From: Blastocatellia bacterium
Lineage (GTDB): Bacteria > Acidobacteriota > Blastocatellia > UBA7656
DNA length: 64,000 nucleotides
Direction: 5' to 3'
Assembly: GCA_963765495.1 (NCBI GenBank)
Contig: CAVXWP010000008.1
Coordinates: 96,001 to 160,000 of the forward strand
Numbering within the stretch: the stretch's first letter is position 1; every line of letters begins with the position of its first letter. A program made the position numbers and the translations under genes. Shown piece by piece: positions 50,272 to 59,466 of the stretch. The notes below the pieces were generated by a model. That model was not told the origin of the DNA and made no database searches. It saw nothing but the letters and a program-made list of their open reading frames with translations.

Positions 50272-50699
50272 AATTTTCTTAGCTCCGTTTCAATATACTC
50301 CTGCATTTCAACGTCTATCCTTGCTCCGGCAAGGCTGAGCAAAAACCGCTCTATCGCACTCTCATTATCTTTGTAAAACTTCGCCTCTCGTCCTTCTCCA
50401 TAGGTGACATTACCTTTGTAGAGTCTGATTTGAGTTGTCTCTTTTGACTCCGAATCAGACACCTCAAGAATAAAGCCACGATAGCCCAGTTTATCGGAGA
50501 AAAAAGCATTCCTGGCAGGAGGAAGATTCTTGAGCTTTTCCAGAAGTGTATGTGCCTCCGATTCATCGAGGACCCAGGCAGGGTTAGGTCGCCCGCTGAA
50601 CACATCCAAAGTAACTCTGACATTAGTAACTCTGACATTGGTGCTTGTCTGTGAGGGAACCAATTGGAACAACAAGAGAACGCAGGAAATAACGAGCAT
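50226..50699 (-). CDS. Exported hypothetical protein (LDVFSGRPNP.W / LGYRGF motifs)
   Basis: Signal peptide; 15-bp tandem duplication (TNVRV x2, 50611-50640); 3' end runs into the hydrolase fragment. Confidence 0.65.
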   Translation of the reverse strand: MLVISCVLLLFQLVPSQTSTNVRVTNVRVTLDVFSGRPNPAWVLDESEAHTLLEKLKNLPPARNAFFSDKLGYRGFILEVSDSESKETTQIRLYKGNVTYGEGREAKFYKDNESAIERFLLSLAGARIDVEMQEYIETELRKFRTCRRKLERRRSRC

Positions 50700-50751
50700 A
50701 ATGTCTACTCCTCAGAGCCAACAGTGTTTGATCCGAACCCTTCATCTCAAT

Positions 50752-52923
50752 TCAACGTGAGTTTGTATATTGGTTCCATTTCTTCATATCCTCTTGTGAG
50801 GCGGGCTTCAGGCTGAGGGCCGCCCCTCCCCCGTTTGCCAGGGCTATCTTTAACACTGTCTGATCATTTACAAGAAAATGTTGTATCTGATATGCCATCG
50901 GGTTCTTATCCCAACTGGCATCGGCGGTGTCGCCGTAAATCGTGGCCACATACCATCGCTTTGGAGCGAGATAATTTAACGCTATGCTGGCCGTGCGCCC
51001 GTGCTCGTCCGTTATTGCGCCGATGTACCATTCGTCCTTGTTCTTCGCCTTTCGAGCGATGGTCAGATAATCACCGGGCTCGGCTTCTAAAATCCTGGTA
51101 TCGTCCCAATCCACGGCTACGTCTCTGATAAACTGGAACGCATCCATATGCCGCTCATAGTTTTCGGGCAGATCGGCCGCCATCTGCAAGGGGCTGTACA
51201 TGGTTACGTACAGAGCCAGTTGTTTGGCCAGGGTCGTGCGTACCGTGCTCCGTACCTGCCCTTTCTTTTCGGGCGAATATTCATCGAACCTGATCTGAAA
51301 AATCCCCGGCGTATAATCCATCGGCCCACCCATCAGACGCGTGAAAGGCAGGATCGTTTCGTGTTCAGGAGGGTTGCCCGTGCTTGACCACCCTGAGTTA
51401 AACTCATTGCCTCTGGCCGCTTCACAAGCCAGCCAGTTCGGATATGTGCGTTGCAACCCCGTGGGCCGCACAGGCTCATGCGCATCGAGCATGATCTTAT
51501 ATCGGGCGGTCATTTCAGCCACCCTCACGTAATGATTCACCATCCACTGGCCGTCGTGATGCTCGCCTCGTGGAATGATTCTGCCGACATACCCGGTCTT
51601 TACGGAGTCGTATCCGTGCTCTTTCATGAAGCGATAGGCGTCCTCCATTCGGCGTTCGTAATTTGTGGCCGATCCCGACGTCTCGTGATGCATTATGAGC
51701 TTTACCCCTTTTGAGGCAGCATACTTTTCAAGCTCCGTGACATTGAAGTCGGGGTAGGGAGTTACAAAGTCGAATACATCTTCCTTCCAGTGGCCGAACC
51801 AGTCCTCCCAGCCCACATCCCAGCCTTCCACAAGCACGCCGTCAATGCCGTTCTTTGCGGCAAAATCTATATACCGCTTCGTGTTCTCAGTCGTTGCCCC
51901 GTGTTTACCGTTGGGTTTCAGGCTCGACCAGTCGGTCTCTTCCAGATTTATGTTGCTTGTGTCGGAGTAGTTCCACGTATACTTGCCTATGTGCATCCCC
52001 CACCAGATGCCAATAAATTTTTGCGGCTTGATCCAGCCTGTATCTTTTAGTTTGGAAGGCTCGTTCAAATTCAAAATGAGCTTGGAAGCCAGAATATCGG
52101 CCGCCTTATCGCTCACCACAATCGTGCGCCAGGGAGTCGTGGCCGGCGCTTGCATATATGCCTTGTTGCCTACGGGGTCTGGGACCAGTTGTGAAGTGAG
52201 TCCGAATGTCTGCTTGTTCACTAAAAGATCCATGGCCGGATAATTGATGAGCGCCGCTTCGTGTATGTTTATGTAGAGACCGTCGGCGGTCTTCATCATC
52301 AAGGGGGTCTGCACGGCATTGGGAGCGATGATGGACCTGACGGCGATCTCTGTCGAGGCCTCGCCCCTTGTGGCATCTACCTCGCTGAGCCGGGTCGTTG
52401 AGTAGGCATACTCGTTGGTGTCGTAATCGCCGGGTATCCAGAAGGTCTTATGATCGCCTATAAGATTGAATTCGGTCCTTTCATCAGAAACAATAAAATA
52501 CTTCAGGTTGTCCTGTTCGGGGAATTCATAGCGAAATCCCAGCCCGTCATCAAACAATCGGAATCTTATAATCATCTTTCGGTTGTTGACCGAGGGCTGT
52601 TGAAGCGTGAGCGTAAGTTCCCGATAATGATTTCGAATCCGTTTTACCTCTCCCCATACCGGCTCCCAGGTCTGGTCGAGTTGCGATGTGTCTGTTTTGA
52701 GCAGCGTGAACCCTCTGGTCAAGCCGGGCTGGTCTTTTAATTCGATACCCAGCTTGCTTTTTAGAATAACCGGCCTTCCCGCAAATGAGAGTTGATAGAT
52801 AGGCTCGCCCTCGGGTGTCATCTCGATTGATAGAGATAATTTCCCGCCGGGAGACTCGATCTGCTGGGCGTAGGCGTTAAGACTGAGGAACAAAAAAAAT
52901 AGAAACAACACAGTTTTTCGCAT
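50752..52923 (-). CDS. Glycoside hydrolase family 97 (SusB-like alpha-glucosidase)
   Basis: TPWR, GIWW.MH, YIDFAA, VEGW, HHET, KTGYVG, GPMDYTPG, QMAADLPENY. Confidence 0.94.
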   Translation of the reverse strand: MRKTVLFLFFLFLSLNAYAQQIESPGGKLSLSIEMTPEGEPIYQLSFAGRPVILKSKLGIELKDQPGLTRGFTLLKTDTSQLDQTWEPVWGEVKRIRNHYRELTLTLQQPSVNNRKMIIRFRLFDDGLGFRYEFPEQDNLKYFIVSDERTEFNLIGDHKTFWIPGDYDTNEYAYSTTRLSEVDATRGEASTEIAVRSIIAPNAVQTPLMMKTADGLYINIHEAALINYPAMDLLVNKQTFGLTSQLVPDPVGNKAYMQAPATTPWRTIVVSDKAADILASKLILNLNEPSKLKDTGWIKPQKFIGIWWGMHIGKYTWNYSDTSNINLEETDWSSLKPNGKHGATTENTKRYIDFAAKNGIDGVLVEGWDVGWEDWFGHWKEDVFDFVTPYPDFNVTELEKYAASKGVKLIMHHETSGSATNYERRMEDAYRFMKEHGYDSVKTGYVGRIIPRGEHHDGQWMVNHYVRVAEMTARYKIMLDAHEPVRPTGLQRTYPNWLACEAARGNEFNSGWSSTGNPPEHETILPFTRLMGGPMDYTPGIFQIRFDEYSPEKKGQVRSTVRTTLAKQLALYVTMYSPLQMAADLPENYERHMDAFQFIRDVAVDWDDTRILEAEPGDYLTIARKAKNKDEWYIGAITDEHGRTASIALNYLAPKRWYVATIYGDTADASWDKNPMAYQIQHFLVNDQTVLKIALANGGGAALSLKPASQEDMKKWNQYTNSR

Positions 52924-53073
52924 AGACTCTTAAATCCTTTCCACCCTTTTCAATTAGCCATAAACAGAGGGGCCTTCTGGACCGATTCCAGGACACCTAA
53001 CCTAATACCCACAGGGTTGAAAATCAATAGCAGGACGAAAATATCGAGTCGTTCGCTTTAGCTCCGATAAAGC

Positions 53074-53868
53074 TCACAATGTCTTGCGGGCCGTCACTAT
53101 CAGAACCGGCATTGCAAAGGCTACTTTGCCATCGGCGGTCACAAACGGTTGGAGGGATTCCTCCGCCTCCTTCAGGAGTTTATCGAACTGCTCATTATCA
53201 AGCAGCCCGCCCAGGGTCCATACACACGCCCTTTCTGTAGAGACCAGAGACTTGATCGACGCAAAATTAACCATCCCGTTGTGCCGCGTGACAATTGCGT
53301 CAGGGATGTCTGCATCGGCGCAGAGGGCAAGCAACCGTTCCGGCTCTCCACACACGAAGGGGGCACGAAAAGCCTCTGCCACTTGCTCTCCAAAGAGGCG
53401 ATGCAGCAACTCGGCCAGCACTGCGTAGCCGGGGGAGTGGTCGATTGCATCGCATACGGCTACCGCCAGCCGCCCGCCCGGTCGCAGCACGCGCATCATT
53501 TCGCGCAGGGATGTGCGCTGGTCCTCAAAGAACATGAAACCGAACTGGCTGACCACCGCATCGAAACTGTCGTCGGCAAACGGCAAAGACTCGGCCCGGC
53601 CATCCTGCCACTCTATGCTTGAACTCTTTTGCCGGGCTACCGCGAGCATATCTTGATTAGGATCGACCCCCACGACCGCCCCGTCTTTTCCCACACGCTC
53701 TGCGGCGGCACAAGCCAGCACCCCGGTTCCACAGGCGACATCGAGTACACGCTGTCCCGGTGCTGCTCCTGCAACCTCGGCTACTACGTTCCCCCACTGC
53801 TTAAATAATGCCGGAACGAATAACTTGTCATACACTTCGGCGGGTGTGCGTTCGACCCGATTATCCAT
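53074..53868 (-). CDS. SAM-dependent methyltransferase (UbiE-like)
   Basis: VLDVACGTG, AESLPF.D.SFDAV.SQFG, RVLRPGG. Confidence 0.92.
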   Translation of the reverse strand: MDNRVERTPAEVYDKLFVPALFKQWGNVVAEVAGAAPGQRVLDVACGTGVLACAAAERVGKDGAVVGVDPNQDMLAVARQKSSSIEWQDGRAESLPFADDSFDAVVSQFGFMFFEDQRTSLREMMRVLRPGGRLAVAVCDAIDHSPGYAVLAELLHRLFGEQVAEAFRAPFVCGEPERLLALCADADIPDAIVTRHNGMVNFASIKSLVSTERACVWTLGGLLDNEQFDKLLKEAEESLQPFVTADGKVAFAMPVLIVTARKTL

Positions 53869-53948
53869 CTGTTACCTCCTTTTACTCTCGACCGGTTTGT
53901 ATCGACCTGACTATAAGCCAGAGCGGGTAGTAGATTCCTATAAACAGA

Positions 53949-54077
53949 AAAAGGATCAGGATGGGAAAAGAATTTTTGAGTATCGAATTCATGATCGGCA
54001 CGGGAACCGGGCCACAAAAGATCGCGCATACGAACCCATTCAAAACGGTCTTCCAGACGAATTTGTCTTACCTGCAT
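53949..54077 (-). pseudogene. N-terminal remnant of an AAC(6')-I-like GNAT acetyltransferase
   Basis: MQVRQIRLEDRFEWVRMRDLLWP...DH.....FF; similarity ends after about 43 codons. Confidence 0.55.
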
Positions 54078-54164
54078 GCCTGAACTCTCTATAGCTGACT
54101 GACATAGCAAAGGCCACTGATTCTTAACGGGATGTAGCCTGATCCCGCCGATCTCGGGATGAGT

Positions 54165-54842
54165 TTATTTCATAAGGTATGGACCAATAATTTTTCGCCA
54201 TACCTCGTATCCTTCTCTGTTCATATGTAATCCGTCAGGCCCAAAAATTGAGGCGCGTGGCTTTCCGTCTTCTCCCAGCATCGAACTGAATACATCAATA
54301 AAAATCAAATTCTTATCACCTTTCGAATATTCCCGGATCAAATCGTTTGCCTCTTTCATTTTTTGGAGCAAGGCTATTCGTGCGAGACTTGGCTTTATTG
54401 AAATAAAAGCGATCTTCACCCCGGGAAGCCCCGCTCGCACTATGGCGACGAACTTCTTATAAGCCTCAAAAACTTCTTGAGTCGTTTTCCCGTTTGCCAG
54501 ATCGTTATCCCCAGCGTAGAGAACTATCATGCGGGGTTTATAAGGGAATACGATCCGGTCAGCGAAATATGTCGAATCGGCAATCTCCGACCCGCCAAAC
54601 CCTCTATTGAGCAGCTTGATGCCGGGGAAATCTTCTTGAAGAGTGGTCCACAATCTAATAGAAGAACTGCCGATAAACAGAACAGCACCTTTAGTCGGAG
54701 GGTTTAGCCGATCCGACTCCTCGAATTTTTTGATTTCAGATTCCCAGGTATTTTCCTGCAATCTGTTTGGGTGACATCCGGCCCTGATGCCAGGAACAGC
54801 AAGGAAAAGGGAGGAGACAAAGAGAAGAAAATACTTAATCAT
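54165..54842 (-). CDS. SGNH/GDSL hydrolase, exported
   Basis: FIGSSSIRLW, NRGFGGS, YAGDND, DGLH. Confidence 0.92.
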   Translation of the reverse strand: MIKYFLLFVSSLFLAVPGIRAGCHPNRLQENTWESEIKKFEESDRLNPPTKGAVLFIGSSSIRLWTTLQEDFPGIKLLNRGFGGSEIADSTYFADRIVFPYKPRMIVLYAGDNDLANGKTTQEVFEAYKKFVAIVRAGLPGVKIAFISIKPSLARIALLQKMKEANDLIREYSKGDKNLIFIDVFSSMLGEDGKPRASIFGPDGLHMNREGYEVWRKIIGPYLMK

Positions 54843-54894
54843 TATTCACTCGCCCGTGTTGGATTTTTATTTCGGATGGAAAAGTATAATGAAG

Positions 54895-55110
54895 AAGGGC
54901 CGTCAGATGCCAGGAGGAGTGTAGATAAGTAAAAGGGGAATAGGCCGGGACGGACGCGGATCGGGCGGATTTTCACGGAGCTGATCCTATTGGATTTAAT
55001 CCGTGTAAATCCGCCAAAATCCGTGTCATCCGTGGCCTATTTCAACTCACCTTTGCTTCAAATCAACTTTTACCATTTCTTTCGCCTATTGCTCGCAGAG
55101 CCATCAAGAG
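54895..55110. mobile_element. Degenerate MITE copy (CAGGG-end family)
   Basis: Internal palindrome gaataggccgggacggacgcggat...atccgtgtcatccgtggcctatttc and flanks align with the 55649 copy; ends decayed, limits approximate. Confidence 0.65.
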
Positions 55111-55131
55111 ATGCGATCCGTTTCCGCTCTG

Positions 55132-55536
55132 TTAATTCTGAAACCAGATGGCAAAGACGTGTTGCGTGTCGAGATATTCCTTGACCCCGCTAATCTTGTT
55201 GTCGCGGATCGACACAAGGAAATGATATTGCTGTTCATAGACGCGGCCGTTACGTAACTCGCCGTAGGATTCAACCTCCAAAGCCACCTTGTCACCCTCA
55301 GCAATCAAACTCTTCACCGTCATTTTCAGCCCGTCAGGTAGCTGGTCCATCATGTTTTTTAGAAGGCGAGAAATCCGCTCCTTACTGTATTCTCCGGCTG
55401 CTGGTAGGTCTCCCGGTTTGCCGGAAATCCACCATGTTGCGTCGTCTGCCATCAGGTCCAGCGCACCTGCGACATCGTTGGAGTTAAAACGGTCAAAGAA
55501 CTCGCGCGCCAACTGCTTGTTTTCTTCGATGCTCAT
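55132..55536 (-). CDS. SnoaL/NTF2-like protein
   Basis: MSIEENKQL, ADDATWW..G, IAEGDKVA.E, Y...YHF, KEY.DT. Confidence 0.9.
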   Translation of the reverse strand: MSIEENKQLAREFFDRFNSNDVAGALDLMADDATWWISGKPGDLPAAGEYSKERISRLLKNMMDQLPDGLKMTVKSLIAEGDKVALEVESYGELRNGRVYEQQYHFLVSIRDNKISGVKEYLDTQHVFAIWFQN

Positions 55537-55648
55537 TTACGATTCTCCAGTTTCGTTATGATGTAGGAATGAGGATAGATTCTATGTGGAACAGGAGGGG
55601 AATTCAATTTGAACCGGCCAATCGCAAAGGGGAATAGTATTCCTGTTG

Positions 55649-55851
55649 CAGGGTCATTCAGTTTTCCAACATGTAGAAAGGGATAAGGGAAATAGGCCGC
55701 GGATGACGCGGATGCGACGGATTTTCGCGGATCTGATTTTATATGAGCTAATCCGCGTTATCCGCAGCCTATTTCAACTCGCCTTTGCGTCAACTCAACT
55801 TTTAATATTTTTTCCGCCTATTGCCCTCAACTCAAGAACTGAATGGCCCTG
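55649..55851. mobile_element. MITE (203 bp) with CAGGG TIRs and perfect 10-bp target duplication
   Basis: TIRs CAGGGTCATTCAGTTTT / CAGGGCCATTCAGTTCT; ATTCCTGTTG at 55639-55648 and 55852-55861. Confidence 0.88.
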
Positions 55852-55881
55852 ATTCCTGTTGGATTGTCTGTGCCGATACAG

Positions 55882-56727
55882 CTATCCGGTCGGTTCAGTG
55901 AGAAGCCACTTGATGCGAGTGTAGGCAATACGGAATCCCTGCCGCTCGGCATTTCGCTGTGAGGCGCTGCCCGGTAAAGCACACATCATCGCTATGTCGC
56001 ACCCCTGCTTTGCGGCGTATTGCAGACGGCTCTCCAGAAGCGCCAGTTGTGCGCCGTTCTTACGCGCTTCCGGGACTGTGCTCGCCCCGGCCATCAACGC
56101 CACACCTTCGCAGATACTCATTGCTCCGGTGGCTATGGGGACGCCGTCAAGACTTGCCATAAACGATAGGCCCCCTTCTTTCTTTGCGCCGATCTGAGCC
56201 AGCTCAAGTATTACATCCCTGTACTCGGGAAACTCACTCCATCCTCTCGCCGATGTCTGTGCCCATATCTCTTCTTCACCATCCTGAGCCAATCGCACTT
56301 GAACCCTTCTGTTGTGTGATCCCGTTAGCTGAAGGTCGTGATTGATCGGACGGAACATGACGCTTGTGAACTCAATCGCGTGATACCCTCTTTCATTGAG
56401 CAACGGCAAGAGCGTAGGATCAGCCAGGGGGCTTATCTCATGAAAGACCGGCGCTCCCCTTTCTCGAAAGAATTGCTCGATTGTCTCTAGATCGGTCCGG
56501 GTGACAGCCTGGAAAATGCCTAGCCCAAAGGTCTGGGTTAGCGGCGATTTCACTCCGTCATACATGGCGTAAGCGCCTGCGACTTCCTTCCATCGCGCGC
56601 CGCTATCTGGAAATAATCTGGCTCGGGTTTCGACAAAGGTAAGATTGCCGTGGGCCTCGGTTCTTTCAAGGCGACGCGCCAGAGTTAAGTCGGAAAAGAG
56701 AAATGATTGATTCTCAGCAAGCTCCAT
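55882..56727 (-). CDS. GNAT family N-acetyltransferase
   Basis: GASTVPEARKNGAQ.ALL..RL, GSASQRNAERQGF. Confidence 0.88.
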   Translation of the reverse strand: MELAENQSFLFSDLTLARRLERTEAHGNLTFVETRARLFPDSGARWKEVAGAYAMYDGVKSPLTQTFGLGIFQAVTRTDLETIEQFFRERGAPVFHEISPLADPTLLPLLNERGYHAIEFTSVMFRPINHDLQLTGSHNRRVQVRLAQDGEEEIWAQTSARGWSEFPEYRDVILELAQIGAKKEGGLSFMASLDGVPIATGAMSICEGVALMAGASTVPEARKNGAQLALLESRLQYAAKQGCDIAMMCALPGSASQRNAERQGFRIAYTRIKWLLTEPTG

Positions 56728-56852
56728 AGCTGGGGTCCCAAATATAAAAAGTCAATAAAGCATATAGCAGATTCTTGAGTACCTGCGCCATCTGTCTACA
56801 TCAAAAGATATTGTTATCGGTAGAGATGAAAATGCGCGTGAAGAGACGATTT

Positions 56853-56913
56853 TTTGACAGGATTAACAAGATTGCTGAGAGATAACTGGTAACACCCTGT
56901 TAATCCTGTCAAA
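56853..56913. repeat. REP-like palindrome or terminator downstream of aqpZ
   Basis: TTTGACAGGATTAACA ... TGTTAATCCTGTCAAA (16-bp arms). Confidence 0.65.
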
Positions 56914-56928
56914 CTCTGCGTCTTGTAA

Positions 56929-57657
56929 TCAGGCCTCGGCTGCCAATGCTTTTTCCGCTGCCTCTCGTTCACCTGCAACCTGTGAATAAACCAGCCCGGC
57001 TGTAGCGGCTCCTATGATTGGCGCAACCCAGAATAACCAGAGTTGTGAAAGGGCCCATCCACCCACGAAAATTGCCGGTCCGGTACTGCGGGCCGGGTTT
57101 ACCGATGTATTGGTCACGGGGATGCTGATCAGATGTATCAGAGTCAACCCCAGCCCTATCGCAATCGGGGCCAGCCCGGCTGGTGCCCGTTTATCTGTCG
57201 ATCCAAGAATAATCATCAAAAACATGAAAGTAAGGACCGCCTCCGAGACAAACCCCGCCAGCAGGGTGTAGCCTCCGGGGGAGTGCTCGCCATATCCATT
57301 GGATGCAAACCCGCCGCTCAGACTAAATCCTGCCTTACCGCTGGCAATCAAATAGAGCACCCCCGCGCCCGCAATTGCCCCTAACACCTGAGAAATGATG
57401 TAGGGTAACAAGTCCGATCCCGGGAATCGCTTCCCAACCCATAAACCAATCGATACTGCCGGGTTCAAGTGACACCCGGAGATGTGGCCGATTGCAAATG
57501 CCATGGTTAAAACTGTAAGGCCGAATGCGAAAGCTACTCCAAGCAGGCCTATTCCTAAACCTGGAAAAGCCGCAGCCAGTACAGCGCTTCCACAGCCGCC
57601 AAGAACCAACCAGAAAGTGCCCAGAAACTCTGCTGCCGTCCGTTGCGAAAGTGACAT
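56929..57657 (-). CDS. aqpZ: Aquaporin Z
   Basis: [51 protein letters not shown]. Confidence 0.96.
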   Translation of the reverse strand: MSLSQRTAAEFLGTFWLVLGGCGSAVLAAAFPGLGIGLLGVAFAFGLTVLTMAFAIGHISGCHLNPAVSIGLWVGKRFPGSDLLPYIISQVLGAIAGAGVLYLIASGKAGFSLSGGFASNGYGEHSPGGYTLLAGFVSEAVLTFMFLMIILGSTDKRAPAGLAPIAIGLGLTLIHLISIPVTNTSVNPARSTGPAIFVGGWALSQLWLFWVAPIIGAATAGLVYSQVAGEREAAEKALAAEA

Positions 57658-57904
57658 GATGATCTCCTTTCGGTGTTGTTTTGAAGCGATGAAAGTGAAT
57701 ACATGGAAGAGAGAAGGTCAAAAGCTAATCCGTACGCTTGAGAATTGCGATATAGAGGCAGAGAGATTTCGGCGGCCTGATGTTGAATAAAGGTGATCAT
57801 CGGCAGCATTATCGTCAGTGTGTCAGAGGATTGCAACAGTGAAAGGTAGAAAATAGATCAGCTTCGGGCAAGGCAAATTGGCCAAAACAACCGACGAGTT
57901 ATCC

Positions 57905-58615
57905 TCATCTTATCGAAAGAAGTTCAGACACCTTCTTGAATTCATATCCCTGTTTCTTAAGCCCCTCTATAATTCCTTTTACCGCTTGAAGGGATGGCTC
58001 CCGTCCTCCATACATCGTGTGCAACAGGATTATCGACCCCGGTCGCGTCCTTTCGAGCACATATTCGACTATTCTGTTTGATTCGCCCGCGATCTCGGGG
58101 TAAGAATCCGGCTCTATATCCCACATGATTGTCTTGCGGTTTTGCCTGCTCAAATAGTAAGGAAGGAGCACCAGTTTTTTCCCATACGGTGGTCGAAACA
58201 GTATTGATCCCTCTTGTCCTGTCTCGTGTATAAGCCTGTCGGTCCGTTCGATCTCATCACGAATAAATGAAGGGGATTTTAATACCATACGTTCGTGCGA
58301 ATAAGAGTGATTGCCAAGCTCATGGCCTTCACTAACGATCAGCTTCCCGAGTTCGGGATGTTGCTCCAACTCTGCCCCGATAACAAAGAAGGTTGCCTTA
58401 ACCTGTTCCTGCCCAAGGATCGAGAGAAGTTCGTGTGTCGGGGCAGGAGTCGGGCCATCATCGAATGTGAGAGCCACAACTCTTTCTGATGTTTCGACTC
58501 TGGGAATGATCTCACCAAAAAGCTGATATGACCGGGCGCTGGAAAGTTTCCAGGCAGATATGGCGAGGGTCAGAAAAAGTGCGAGGGATAAAAAGATATA
58601 ATGGCGTTTTTTCAT
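57905..58615 (-). CDS. Polysaccharide deacetylase (CE4)
   Basis: ALTFDDGP, GNHSYSH, FRPPYG, GSIILLH. Confidence 0.93.
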   Translation of the reverse strand: MKKRHYIFLSLALFLTLAISAWKLSSARSYQLFGEIIPRVETSERVVALTFDDGPTPAPTHELLSILGQEQVKATFFVIGAELEQHPELGKLIVSEGHELGNHSYSHERMVLKSPSFIRDEIERTDRLIHETGQEGSILFRPPYGKKLVLLPYYLSRQNRKTIMWDIEPDSYPEIAGESNRIVEYVLERTRPGSIILLHTMYGGREPSLQAVKGIIEGLKKQGYEFKKVSELLSIR

Positions 58616-58659
58616 GGCTCCTTTGTAGCGCGTAGGGTTTCAGGGGTTGCCTGATGGAG

Positions 58660-58746
58660 AAATCCGTCTCTATCCGTCCGACCCGCGTTTATCCGAGACC
58701 CGTTCCCGTTTCCCTTATCTACATTTTGCAAAACTGAATGACCCTG
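58660..58746. mobile_element. Truncated MITE (one intact end)
   Basis: cccttatctacattttgcaaaactgaatgaccctg is the reverse complement of the left end of the 55649 element; half palindrome upstream. Confidence 0.6.
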
Positions 58747-58828
58747 CCACTGGAAACCGCTCGCACTTTGGTGCTAGCATAAGCTTTTTCAAAGGCTGTC
58801 TAAATTCCAGACTATGGATAAGAGGGAT

Positions 58829-59466
58829 ATGGAAGAAGAAAAAGCATCGGAGTTCAAGATAACTGATCATCGGAAATTCAATCCTGACGGTTCTCCGCGA
58901 GAGCAGGGTGAAGCGACAGAGCCAAAAGACACACAGAAGGTCGAAGCTGAAAATAGGCCGGAGGCAGATATACAACAGCCACATTTCGACCTTCGGCTGA
59001 TGTCGAGCCTTCGGCTGATGTCGAGCCTTCGGCTGATGTCGAGCCTTCGGCTGATGCCAATAATGTCGTCTCTTTCCCGGGCGAAGGAGCAAGGAAAAAA
59101 GAGCCGCCCGCGCCTGCTGCTACAACATCTGCCGAACAGGATGAACGAGAGGCGGCGGCCCGCAGCGCTGCCCATCGCTCATACGAGCAGGCAAATGAAG
59201 GCGCAAAATCGCGATTGCCGGAAGCGAGTTTTTTGACATTGCTCAATATGCTTGCCGTCGAGGCGGCCATGCATCTCGGCCTGATCGAAAATCCGATGGG
59301 AGGCGAAACTCCCATCGACATCGAAGCGGCCCGGCACCTGCTTGACCTTCTGGGCATGTTGCAAGAGAAGACACGCGGTAATCTCTCAGCCGAAGAAGAC
59401 CGTTTGCTTGACAACTTACTGGCCGACCTGCGAATGCAATACGTCGTGATTTCAAAGAGGCAATGA
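58829..59466 (+). pseudogene. DUF1844 domain protein, frameshifted by a 1-bp deletion (real or assembly error)
   Basis: N-terminus FKITDHRKFNPDG and C-terminus AAMHLG...ARHLLDLLGMLQEKTRGNL..EE..LL...L.DLRMQY are in different frames; one G missing at 58989/58990. Confidence 0.8.
58988..59058 (+). repeat. 18-bp coding tandem repeat (EPSADV) x4
   Basis: GAGCCTTCGGCTGATGTC; first unit is 17 bp, last unit ends GCC. Confidence 0.92.

Noticed and set aside
45656-58615. Co-oriented singleton genes as an integron cassette array
   Set aside because: No intI, and I could not find consistent attC (RYYYAAC...GTTRRRY) sites between the genes.
58814-59236. ORF with (LRLMSS)n repeats as a separate protein
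   Set aside because: Out-of-frame reading of the EPSADV repeat after the 1-bp deletion in the DUF1844 gene.
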